From: an uncultured Anaerolineaceae bacterium
GTDB lineage: Bacteria; Chloroflexota; Anaerolineae; Anaerolineales; E44-bin32
NCBI GenBank assembly: GCA_964517315.1
Contig: CAZFCJ010000006.1
Location: 1-58,628, forward strand
Reading direction: 5' to 3'
Length of the DNA stretch: 58,628 nt
Shown here: positions 40,269 to 49,551 of the stretch, piece by piece
Numbering within the stretch: the stretch's first letter is position 1
How the letters are laid out: every line of letters begins with the position of its first letter
The notes under the pieces: generated by a model
The model's input: the letters and a program-made list of their open reading frames with translations, nothing else
What the model was told of the DNA's origin: nothing
Databases searched by the model: none
Program-made: the position numbers and the translations under genes

Positions 40269-41647
40269 CGCCGACCACGGCCACAACTTCCGATCGCCGG
40301 GATGTAAGCAGCACACCCCAACAGGCACCGAAAGGATGGCGCCGGCTGCTATGGCTCGGACCGGGTTTCCTGTGGATGGTTTCCGCCGCTGGCTCTGGCG
40401 AGCTGTTGTTCACGCCGCGAATGGGAGCACTCTATGGCTATAGCTTGCTGTGGGCATTGATCACCGCAGTTGTCTTCAAGTGGGTCATTAATCGCGAGGT
40501 GGGGCGTTACACGGTGGCCACGGGGGAGACGGTGCTGGAGGGGATGCGCCGAATCCCCGGCCCTAACAATTGGGCGATCTGGTTGATCCTCCTACCCCAG
40601 TTGGTGGTGGCGGTGGCCACCATCGCCGGGCTGGCCGGCTCGGCCGCCAGCGCACTCATCCTGACCTTGCCGGGCGACATCCGAATATGGATGATCTTGG
40701 CGGTGCTGGCGTCCACCGCGCTCGTAGCCTGGGGCGAGTATCAGGGGATCGAGCGGGTCGCCATGGCCATCGCAATCGCCCTCGGAGTGGCCTCAGTCGT
40801 TGCAGCTCTGACCGCATTAACGGATCCTTCCCCTCTCCTGGTCGGCCTAGCCCCTCGAGTTCCAGCCGACATTGACTTTGGAGAGGTCCTGCCCTGGCTC
40901 GGTTTCATGCTGTCGGGCACCGCCGGCATGATCTGGTACTCCTATTGGCTTCGCAGCAAGGGTTACGGGGGGGCCACCAGCTCGCCGACGGAGACGTCGT
41001 CGCATTCTGAGGCTGACTTGGATAGGACCGCCCGGGAGCAGCTGCGTGGTTGGCTTCAGATGATGACTTTGGATAACAGCGTCGCCGTCATCGGGACCTT
41101 GATCATCACGGGTGCGTTCTTGATTTTGGGCACAGAGCTGTTGATGCCGCGTGGACTCGTACCGGCCGAGGATGAGATTGCCTCCGTTCTGGGTCGGCTG
41201 CTGGGCGAACTGTGGGGACCGATAGGTTTCTGGTTCATGGTGACAGCTGTCTTCATCGGATTTTGGGACACGGTATTGTCCGATCAGGATGGGTTCGGAC
41301 GGATGTTCGCCAACGGTCTCACACTACTTCCTGGGTTCAAGCAGCTGCTGACAAACCATTCGGACATAAGGGTCCGTCGCTGGCTGGTTCTGACCCTTTT
41401 GACCGCGATCCCCATCGGCGTGTATCTGCTCGTAGGCCGCCCCGTCGGCCTGCTAGCGCTGGCCGGCGCCATCGAGGCGGCCCAGATTCCAGTGCTGGCC
41501 GGCTTGGTGATCTGGATGAATGACCGGCTGCTGTCACCCTCGATTCGACCCACCTGGTACGAGCAAGCGGCCACGATCGTCGCCGGTGGTTTTTTTGCGC
41601 TCTTCGCTGCCTTCTTCCTGTGGCAGCTGATTGGATCCGCCGCTTAA
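40265..41647 (+). CDS. Nramp-family divalent metal transporter-like protein
   Basis: LGPGFLWMVSAAGSGE, GALYGYSLLWA, about 11 TMs; ATGA overlap. Confidence 0.8.
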   Translation: MTPTTATTSDRRDVSSTPQQAPKGWRRLLWLGPGFLWMVSAAGSGELLFTPRMGALYGYSLLWALITAVVFKWVINREVGRYTVATGETVLEGMRRIPGPNNWAIWLILLPQLVVAVATIAGLAGSAASALILTLPGDIRIWMILAVLASTALVAWGEYQGIERVAMAIAIALGVASVVAALTALTDPSPLLVGLAPRVPADIDFGEVLPWLGFMLSGTAGMIWYSYWLRSKGYGGATSSPTETSSHSEADLDRTAREQLRGWLQMMTLDNSVAVIGTLIITGAFLILGTELLMPRGLVPAEDEIASVLGRLLGELWGPIGFWFMVTAVFIGFWDTVLSDQDGFGRMFANGLTLLPGFKQLLTNHSDIRVRRWLVLTLLTAIPIGVYLLVGRPVGLLALAGAIEAAQIPVLAGLVIWMNDRLLSPSIRPTWYEQAATIVAGGFFALFAAFFLWQLIGSAA

Positions 41648-41688
41648 GCCGAACTGCGTGCTGTGAAGCCGTGTCAGGAGGAATGAGA

Positions 41689-42237
41689 ATGGCACAGAAT
41701 AACCGTTGGAAGGGATTGCTGGTCGGCGTCGCCGGCAGCGTAGGGGGCTTGCTGGCAATGCGGGCCTACTGGCAATATCTGGCGCCCGAAGTGAACAAGC
41801 GGCTAACGGTGGCTGAAAACCCTCAGCAGCCATCTCCATCGAGGAGCGAGACGGATTTCTCCTTGGTGGGCAAACAATATCAGGAGGGCGAGAGTGCCCC
41901 CGCTGCCCTCGGAAGAATGGTCTATCAACGGATGAATGGCCGCGAGCCTCGCGCCAAGGAGACCAAAGAACTGCTGGGGTCTCTGGTCCACTGGAGCTAC
42001 GGTCTGCTGCAAGGCGGAATGTACGGCTCGATTCGAAAAGGGGGCGGCCCATTCAGTGGGCTCATTTACTCCAGCGGCCTGTGGCTCCTGGGCGATGAAA
42101 TGGTCGTCCCCTTGCTCGGCCTGCAAGCGGGCCCCGCCTCCTCTTCTTTGGCTGATCACGCCAACCGGCTCGGGGCTCACTGGGCTTACGGCCTTGGCAC
42201 TGGCCTGACTGCCAAGGTGTTGGACGAGATTCTCTAA
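41689..42237 (+). CDS. DUF1440-like membrane protein
   Basis: VHWSYG...GLWLLGDE..VPLLGL...HWAYG; AGGAGG RBS. Confidence 0.7.
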   Translation: MAQNNRWKGLLVGVAGSVGGLLAMRAYWQYLAPEVNKRLTVAENPQQPSPSRSETDFSLVGKQYQEGESAPAALGRMVYQRMNGREPRAKETKELLGSLVHWSYGLLQGGMYGSIRKGGGPFSGLIYSSGLWLLGDEMVVPLLGLQAGPASSSLADHANRLGAHWAYGLGTGLTAKVLDEIL

Positions 42238-42248
42238 GGGAGCATGGG

Positions 42249-43241
42249 ATGCCGAGATCTGAAGTCGTGGTGATCACCGGCGCCTCGGCCGGTGTGGGCC
42301 GGGCGACGGCCCGCTTGTTCGGCGAACGAGGGGCCATGCTGGGCCTGCTGGCGAGAGGCGAGCAGGGCCTGCAGGCGACTCAGATGGAAATCGAATCGAG
42401 GGGCGGTCGGGCTTTGGCAATACCCACTGAGGTCGCCGATGCCGAGGCGGTTATGGCCGCTGCCCAGCAGATCGAACGTCAGCTAGGACCTATCGACATC
42501 TGGATCAACAACGCCATGACCACCGTCTTCGGCCGCTTTACGGATCTGACGGCCGAGGAATTCCGACGCGTTACCGAAGTCACTTACCTGGGAGTGGTCC
42601 ATGGGACCCTGGCCGCGCTGGAATACATGCTGCCCCGCAACCGTGGATCCATCGTACAAGTGGGCTCGGCGCTGGCCTACCGCGGTATCCCGTTGCAGGC
42701 GGCTTACTGCGGTGCCAAACACGCCATCCAGGGTTTCACCGAGTCGGTGCGGTCAGAACTCATCCACGACGACCGAAATATCACGCTGAGCATGGTCCAG
42801 CTTCCGGCCATAAACACGCCGCAGTTCAGCTGGTGCAAGACGTACATGCCGCGCAAGCCTCAACCCATGCCACCCATATACCAGCCAGAGGTGGCCGCCG
42901 AGGGTATCCACTGGGCTGCCCATCACAACCGTCGTGAGCTGGTCATTGGTCTCAACACCTCGATTATCCTGCTGGGGAACAAGTTCTTCCCCGGTTACGG
43001 TGACCGGTTTTTGGCGCGGAAGGGCTTTGAGGGCCAGCAGTACAACGGTCGGGTCGAAGCGAATCGGCCCAGCAACCTCTGGTCTCCGGTGGAGGGCGAC
43101 TTCGGCGCGCGCGGTGATTTCAACCATCGCTCCCGCAGCCAGAGCTGGCAGCTTTGGCTGGCGACCCACCGCTGGGCACTATGGGCGCTGTTGGTCACGC
43201 TGGCCGCGCTGATCGCCGGGGGCTTGATCTTGCTGCTTTGA
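42249..43241 (+). CDS. SDR family oxidoreductase
   Basis: TGASAGVG, NNA, S...YCGAK catalytic residues; C-terminal TM. Confidence 0.93.
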   Translation: MPRSEVVVITGASAGVGRATARLFGERGAMLGLLARGEQGLQATQMEIESRGGRALAIPTEVADAEAVMAAAQQIERQLGPIDIWINNAMTTVFGRFTDLTAEEFRRVTEVTYLGVVHGTLAALEYMLPRNRGSIVQVGSALAYRGIPLQAAYCGAKHAIQGFTESVRSELIHDDRNITLSMVQLPAINTPQFSWCKTYMPRKPQPMPPIYQPEVAAEGIHWAAHHNRRELVIGLNTSIILLGNKFFPGYGDRFLARKGFEGQQYNGRVEANRPSNLWSPVEGDFGARGDFNHRSRSQSWQLWLATHRWALWALLVTLAALIAGGLILLL

Positions 43242-43496
43242 ACGGTCGGATGGGCGGGCCTGACTGCGCGCGGTCGAATCCCATGCAAGCGGAAGACCCG
43301 TTCGAAGCAACCCGATGTACCCTCGATTGTGCCACGAGTATGCGTCAAGGCACTTGTCGCGCATCGGCTCCGCTCCGAAGATAAAAGGCGCGACTCATTT
43401 CAAGCAGCCGCAGATGGCCGCCTGGTTGCCCATCCCCCACAGCTCATTTGGTAAGCGGGTGGAATTCGCAGATACGGCGGCTCGAGGAGCCTCAAG

Positions 43497-43703
43497 ATGA
43501 AAGATCGAAATGAACCTAGCAAGGGGCGGTCCACAAAATGTCCCTATTGCACCTTCCCGCTCAAGAATATCCCTGCAAAGAGCCTGACCGAACAGTGCCT
43601 TCACTTGATCTGCCAACACTGCCATACGCGCGTTCTACGCTGGTCACAGGAACTCGGGCGGCAGCGTCCACTTCGGCTTTACCGCTTTACGGGCGGCCGA
43701 TAG
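43497..43703 (+). CDS. Putative small zinc-ribbon protein
   Basis: CPYC...CQHC; GAGGAG RBS 7 nt before ATG. Confidence 0.4.
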   Translation: MKDRNEPSKGRSTKCPYCTFPLKNIPAKSLTEQCLHLICQHCHTRVLRWSQELGRQRPLRLYRFTGGR

Positions 43704-43832
43704 GGGACTGGGGTTTGTCCAATTCATTTGGAGTTCCAATTCATATCCACGTGTATATCGGGGATAGATGGCGACCCCCCGGAAGGTGTTTGACCATTTC
43801 GCTAAACGGTGTTCAAAGAAGGAGAAAAATCT

Positions 43833-44339
43833 ATGTCTCTCGAGACCCTCTACGACCTGTATATCGATCAATTGAAGGACCTCTACAGCGCCGAAAACCA
43901 ATTGGTGGACGCGTTGCCCGAGATGGCCGCTGCCGCGACGGACGCAGAACTGCAGCAGGCCTTTGAAGATCATGCCCAGCGGACCAGATCACACGTGGAA
44001 GAGGTGCGCGCTATCCTCGACGAACTCGATGTCGACCCCGGTAATAAGGTCTGCGTTGGCATGGAGGGCCTGATCAAGGAGAGCCGGGAAGTCATTGAGA
44101 AGGAGGCCTCGGCGGCAGCCAAGGACGCCGCGCTGATTCTGGCAGCGCAAAAGGTCGAGCATTATGAGATTGCGTCCTACGGCGGCCTCAGAACCTATGC
44201 CGAGTTGCTCGACTACGGCGATTTCGAGTCAACCCTGGCTGACATCCTCGACGAGGAGGGGCAGGCCGACAAGCGATTGACTGAATTGGCCGAAGGAAGA
44301 GTGTTTGAAAAAGGCTTGAACGTAAAAGCGCAGGAGTAG
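43833..44339 (+). CDS. yciF: YciE/YciF ferritin-like protein (DUF892)
   Basis: LKDLYSAENQL...MEGLIKE...DAALILAAQKVEHYEIASYG...EE..ADKRLT. Confidence 0.92.
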   Translation: MSLETLYDLYIDQLKDLYSAENQLVDALPEMAAAATDAELQQAFEDHAQRTRSHVEEVRAILDELDVDPGNKVCVGMEGLIKESREVIEKEASAAAKDAALILAAQKVEHYEIASYGGLRTYAELLDYGDFESTLADILDEEGQADKRLTELAEGRVFEKGLNVKAQE

Positions 44340-44755
44340 CTTGGCCCCCCGGACCGAGACGCGATCGGCGATGGAACGACGGCAGTGGGCGGAGGCCAAT
44401 TGAATGGATGGTCGGGGCTGAACCAAACGGGTCAGTCCCGTCATTTTATGCGGTGATCCCCTTGCTGGCCAACCGCCCGAGTGCCGAGCCGCAGCCACAC
44501 CCATCCACCCCCATGACCATCGCCAGGACCCCAAATGCGCCGAAAACAATCACGACGAGGACCAAAAGGACGGCGGTGCAGGATCACCGTGTCCAGCTCT
44601 TAAACCGTCCGCAACGGAGCTCGCCTCCTGGTTCGGCGGAGCGGCCTCAAGGTTGCTTCGAATATGCGCCAACGGACGCTCCTGCTCAGAAACGGTTGTG
44701 CTGCTCTCTGCGATTCGGTCTGGGGACACTGTTCCAGGGGGACCTCGTCCGGGGT

Positions 44756-45139
44756 CTATCCCTCAAAATAGCCGATCGTCGTGAGCAGTGCGTTCTCCGC
44801 CTGGCGGGAGTCCAGACGCGTGTGCTGTACGACGATGGGCACGTCGGAAGAAATCACACTGGCATAGTCGCGCCCTAAAGGAATCGGTTCGGGGTCGGAG
44901 AAATCGTTGAAGCGCAGGTGGCGTGTGCGTCTGGCGGACACGCGGAAGACATAAGGTCCCAGCGGCTCGCGATCGCCGAAATAGATTGTGATCTCGATCT
45001 CGGCCTCTTGATCGCTTGCGTTCAGAATACAAACGGTCTCGTGACTGAGCATTTCTGGCTGAGGGCCACTGCTTCTCTCCGGAATATATCCTTCCGCAAT
45101 CGCCCAGCGGCGCTTTCCTATCGATTCGGGCATATTCAT
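44756..45139 (-). CDS. Sensory rhodopsin transducer (ASRT) family protein
   Basis: IGKRRWAIAEGYIP, SHETVCILN, RRTRHLRFND, VPIVVQHTRLDSRQ. Confidence 0.88.
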   Translation of the reverse strand: MNMPESIGKRRWAIAEGYIPERSSGPQPEMLSHETVCILNASDQEAEIEITIYFGDREPLGPYVFRVSARRTRHLRFNDFSDPEPIPLGRDYASVISSDVPIVVQHTRLDSRQAENALLTTIGYFEG

Positions 45140-45254
45140 GTCTCCTTTCGGTGATGGTCATCGTTTGCGTGAAATGTGTGCGGGCCACTACATTTTGAGG
45201 ACGGACAACGTTAGATCGGATCGATGAATGCTCAAAGACTGGAATGCCTCTGCC

Positions 45255-45836
45255 CTATTCCGGCGAAGCCGGGAAATCCGGCACGGGTCTCGCTTCCGCC
45301 TCCTCCTGGCTGGCCGCCAGATCATATGCCCGTATATCCTCAATCAGCCATTCCATCTCGGCGATCTCACGGCGCTGAGCTTTGATAATCTCATCGGCAA
45401 GCTCACGCACTCTCGGATCTTTGATCCTTGCGCGCTCACTGGTCAAAATGGCGATCGAATGGTGTGGGATCATTGCTTCCATGTAGTCCACATCCGTGAC
45501 GCTGGCCTGGCTGCGCACCAGCCACACGGCGGAGAGCAGCAACACGAAGGCGCCGGCGAAGATCGCCAAGTTGACCCTCCGATCGCGGTACATCCCCAGC
45601 ATGAAGCTAAGCATTACGATCGCCATCACTGAGCCCATGATCAGCGTCATGAACAAGCGGGTTTCGCTGAACCAGGCATGGTCAAAGATCTGGTAGGAAT
45701 TCAGATAGGTGACCAAATACATGGTCACCATTGATGTGCCGATCATGGCGAAAAAGATCCCGTAATTCCCACCTCCGCCGCTTCTAACGTTCATGGGCTG
45801 GTGGTCCCGCTGCAAATTTCGTCTGTTGTCCCTCAT
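45255..45836 (-). CDS. DUF305 domain membrane protein
   Basis: Three TMs, then MIPHHSIAILTS...IIKAQRREIAEM. Confidence 0.85.
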   Translation of the reverse strand: MRDNRRNLQRDHQPMNVRSGGGGNYGIFFAMIGTSMVTMYLVTYLNSYQIFDHAWFSETRLFMTLIMGSVMAIVMLSFMLGMYRDRRVNLAIFAGAFVLLLSAVWLVRSQASVTDVDYMEAMIPHHSIAILTSERARIKDPRVRELADEIIKAQRREIAEMEWLIEDIRAYDLAASQEEAEARPVPDFPASPE

Positions 45837-46167
45837 GCCATTTCCTACCTGTTTTGAAGTTTGCCCAACGGATCATCTTCCAGCCTGAAGCCGTTCCCAT
45901 GCGGGTGTGATCAATCGCGCCTCGCGCGGTTCGCGCTCTGCGAGCGCATTTTTTCCGGGCCCGATCAGGCATGTCGCTGTGATGGCTCGTGGACCCAACC
46001 TGAACCGCTTTCAGAAGATACTCAACAGACGGATTCGATCCAGACTAAACATAGTGAGCGAGCGATTGGAAGGCTTACGCCAAAGTGCATATTTAAAGGT
46101 AGATTGCAGGTATACGTTCGCTTGGGCTGGAAACCGCGGGGCGACATATATCCGCTTTTCGTACCTC

Positions 46168-46202
46168 GATCTATGGTCCCCGTACGTCTCGTATCCGAAA
46201 GT
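46168..46202 (+). promoter_or_regulatory. Island promoter motif GATCTAT-N22-GAAAGT
   Basis: TACCTCGATCTAT identical to the chaB site; weaker -10. Confidence 0.45.
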
Positions 46203-46419
46203 GAGAAGAACGTGGATGATCGCTTCGCGGGATGCTTTGGACGCCAGCTTCGTAAGGCGTGGTTCCTGGACGGGCCGCGATTGAAAACGGCCGTGTCAAG
46301 CTCCGCCCGGAGCGAGCGGAAGGCCTGTTCGCCCGCCCGTCACCATCAGTCGGCCGGCATGAGTTTTTTGGATGATCCAGACGCGGCCGTTGAGATGTCC
46401 GCGTGAGAGGAGAGCATTC

Positions 46420-46902
46420 ATGACAGACGCAGGTCCAAACCACCGGGAGCAGGTCAACCTTCAAGGGAAGGGCGCCGTATTGGGCCATCCAATTCATCCC
46501 ATACTTGTCGATTTTCCCATCGTCTTTCTGATCGGGGCGCTGGTGTCCGATGTGGCATTTGCATTATCTGGGCAAGCCTTTTGGGCGCTGCTCAGCCTGT
46601 ACGCACTCGGTGCCGGGGTCCTAATGGGTGTCCTGGCTGCGATCTTCGGAGTCATCGACTTCTTCAGCGTGCCCGCCGCTCGCGAGCTGCGAGCAGGTTG
46701 GATCCATTTCCTTGGAAACGCCGTCGTCCTGCTCATCGCGCTTGGCAATTTACTGCTGCGCTTAGGGGATTGGGAGCAAGCGGTGGTGCCTCTAGGCCTG
46801 ATTCTGTCTGCTGCTGCGGGATTGCTCTTAGGAATAACGGGCTGGTTCGGCGGGGCACTCGTCTTTCGGCATAAGATCGGCGTACGCCATCACGACCAAT
46901 GA
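46420..46902 (+). CDS. DUF2231 domain membrane protein
   Basis: GHPIHPILVDFPI...GVIDF...H...N...GWFGGALVFRH; GAGGAG RBS. Confidence 0.88.
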   Translation: MTDAGPNHREQVNLQGKGAVLGHPIHPILVDFPIVFLIGALVSDVAFALSGQAFWALLSLYALGAGVLMGVLAAIFGVIDFFSVPAARELRAGWIHFLGNAVVLLIALGNLLLRLGDWEQAVVPLGLILSAAAGLLLGITGWFGGALVFRHKIGVRHHDQ

Positions 46903-46924
46903 GGCGAGCGGAATTTAACCGATT

Positions 46925-49501
46925 CTAAGCCGCGCCAACGACCTCGAGCATCTTCTTCGTGATCGACTGACGTTGCTCGAAGAACCCGTCCCAGGCGTCA
47001 CCTTGCGAGGCGTTCAGCCTATTACGAATATTGCCCAGATTGAATTCTTTCGCGCTTTCGACCCGGCCCAACTCCTCCCATGTCAGCGGTGTTGAGATCG
47101 GCGCCCCCTCCCGCGCACGCGTCGAATAGGGTGCCACGTTCGTCGCCCCTCGTGAATTCCTCAAGTAATCCACAAAGATCTTTCCTTTGCGCTTGGCTTT
47201 CGACGCCGTAGCCACATATTCGTCGGGCGCCTCCGCCGCCATACGGTCGGCGATGCCGTGCGCGAAGGCTTTCACTTCGTCCCAGCCGGTCCTCCGTTCC
47301 AAGGGAACGACGACATGGAGCCCTTTCCCTCCGGAGGTTTTCACGAAACATGCCAAGCCGTGATTCTGCAGCTTCTCATTAACCGATCGTGCTGCCTGGA
47401 CGACGCGCTGCCATTCCACGCCCGGACCTGGATCCAAGTCGAAAATCAGCCGATCGGGCCGGTCAAGGCGGTCGACTCTGCTGCCCCATGGATGGAGCTC
47501 GAGCGTGCCCAGCTGTGCGAGTTGAATGAGACCGGCCTTATCGTCGATGGACATGTAGGTCGCCTTCTCCCCGCTTTGCTCTTCCAACTCCACCCGATCA
47601 ATGGGACCCACAATCGAGTCGGTGTAATTCTTCTGGAAAAAGCACTCCTTCTCGTGTCCCTGCGGACAGCGCAGCAGCGCTATGGGCCGGTCGGAGATGT
47701 GGGGCAGGATTCGTTCGGCCACCGTATCGTAATAACTCGCCAGCTCGCGCTTTGTGACCCCTTGCTCGGGGAAAAGCACTCGATCGGGGTTGGAGAGACG
47801 TATGCCTGCAAAGACCGCTGCACTGGAATTCGCGCTCGAGGACCTCTCATTGGCCTTCATGTCTTCCATCACCTCCATTAGGAGCTGAGTCGCCGCTTCG
47901 TCGCTTTCCGGGATTTCCCTGCGCACCTCGTGGGGGTCTTTATCCTCCCGCAACCCGAGATAGGATGCCTGCCGCACGAGACCATCCCGTGTCCAATCCA
48001 CAAACTGGACCTCTACGACGAGAGACGGCTCGACCCAGTGGATCCCCCGAAGTCGCGATTCCCGAGGCGGAATGTCAAAAGCTGTCTTTCCCACTTCCAA
48101 GGTATGCAGCTTTGCGGAGAGACGTTTGAGCTCCGCCTGATCGAATCCTGTCCCCACACGCCCGGCGTAGATCAAGTCGCCTGAGGTATCGCGATAACCG
48201 AGCAGCAGCGCGCCAAAACCCTTTCGAACTCCCTTGGGATCTGTGTATCCCCCCACGACAAATTCCTGACGCAAGTAGCATTTCGACTTCTGCCAGGTTT
48301 GGGTCCGGCTTGAAACGTAGGGGCTGTCCTTGTGTTTGGAGATTATTCCTTCCAGGCCGATTCCGCACGCGTTCCGATAAACCTCGGGCCCACTTCCTAT
48401 GCTATGCCGGCTGAAACGCAGATGCTTTTCCCCTGTGGATTCAAGGATCTCCCCGAGCAGCGATTTTCTTGAATGCAGCGGCGCCTCACGCAAATCCACC
48501 GAATCAAGATACAGCAAATCGAAGACATAGAAATAGACCTTCGCGGTGGTGCGCCGGATGTTTTGAAGCTTTTGGAAATCGCTTTTCCCATGGGGGCCGA
48601 GGGCGACCACTTCTCCATCCAGAATGGCTCGATGGAGCGGAAGGGCCTCGATCGCCTTCTTGATCGTTTCGAATTTACTCGTCCAATCGTTTTCATTGCG
48701 CGTATAGAGCTGGACTTCGCCATCCTTCAGCAGTGCGAGCAAGCGATAGCCGTCAAATTTGACCTCATGAAGCCAATCCGACCCGGCGGGCACTTTGTCA
48801 ACCAGCGTGGCCAGCTGAGGCGTGAAAAAGCCTGGCCAATTGGCTTCCTTCGCCCCGTCCATATCGCGTGCCGCCTTTTCCCAACTTTCCACCTGCGACG
48901 CTTTGCCCGTGCTCGGCGCAGCTGGAGAGCCATCGGAAACCCGCAGGTCCTCCAGGATATTTCCGCTCTTTACGCTGCCAGGTCTAGCCTCAGTGATGGG
49001 ATAATCGTCTTCACTGCGGGCGTGCTCGTCATCGCCTTTGATGAGCAGCCAGTTCTTGGCCTCCTCACCCGCCTCGCCGTCCATGCGCACGAGCGTCCAC
49101 AACCCCCTCAATTTCTCACCCTCCAGCACAAAGCTGAGTTTCCCGGAGCGAAGTTCTTGCTTCGCCGATTTGGGCGCGTGCCAAATGCCACGATCCCATA
49201 GGATCACCTCGCCAGCGCCATACTCGCCTTCCGGAATGATGCCCTCGAACGTCCCGTAGGAGAGCGGGTGATCCTCAACCTGTATTGCCAGGCGTTTCTC
49301 AGAGGGATCAAGGCTGGGCCCTTTGGGCACCGCCCAGCTCTTAAACACTCCCTCAAGCTCAAGTCTCAAGTCGTAATGAAGCCGTGAGGCATCGTGCTTT
49401 TGGATGACAAATTTGCGCTCGCCCTGACGCCGTTCCGGTTCGCCTTTCGGTTCGGGCGTCTTCTCGAAATCTCGCTTCGCCCTGTACTCTCGTAAGCTCA
49501 T
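46925..49501 (-). CDS. ligD: DNA ligase D (phosphoesterase-ligase-polymerase order)
   Basis: YRAKRDF, QKHDASRLHYDLRLE (PE); EVKFDGYR (ligase); RCPQG, FDLDP, KTSGGKGLH (Pol). Confidence 0.96.
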   Translation of the reverse strand: MSLREYRAKRDFEKTPEPKGEPERRQGERKFVIQKHDASRLHYDLRLELEGVFKSWAVPKGPSLDPSEKRLAIQVEDHPLSYGTFEGIIPEGEYGAGEVILWDRGIWHAPKSAKQELRSGKLSFVLEGEKLRGLWTLVRMDGEAGEEAKNWLLIKGDDEHARSEDDYPITEARPGSVKSGNILEDLRVSDGSPAAPSTGKASQVESWEKAARDMDGAKEANWPGFFTPQLATLVDKVPAGSDWLHEVKFDGYRLLALLKDGEVQLYTRNENDWTSKFETIKKAIEALPLHRAILDGEVVALGPHGKSDFQKLQNIRRTTAKVYFYVFDLLYLDSVDLREAPLHSRKSLLGEILESTGEKHLRFSRHSIGSGPEVYRNACGIGLEGIISKHKDSPYVSSRTQTWQKSKCYLRQEFVVGGYTDPKGVRKGFGALLLGYRDTSGDLIYAGRVGTGFDQAELKRLSAKLHTLEVGKTAFDIPPRESRLRGIHWVEPSLVVEVQFVDWTRDGLVRQASYLGLREDKDPHEVRREIPESDEAATQLLMEVMEDMKANERSSSANSSAAVFAGIRLSNPDRVLFPEQGVTKRELASYYDTVAERILPHISDRPIALLRCPQGHEKECFFQKNYTDSIVGPIDRVELEEQSGEKATYMSIDDKAGLIQLAQLGTLELHPWGSRVDRLDRPDRLIFDLDPGPGVEWQRVVQAARSVNEKLQNHGLACFVKTSGGKGLHVVVPLERRTGWDEVKAFAHGIADRMAAEAPDEYVATASKAKRKGKIFVDYLRNSRGATNVAPYSTRAREGAPISTPLTWEELGRVESAKEFNLGNIRNRLNASQGDAWDGFFEQRQSITKKMLEVVGAA

Positions 49502-49551
49502 ACATATCTGCTTTCTGGTCGACGGACCGGGCACCACCTCGTCAGGTCCGG

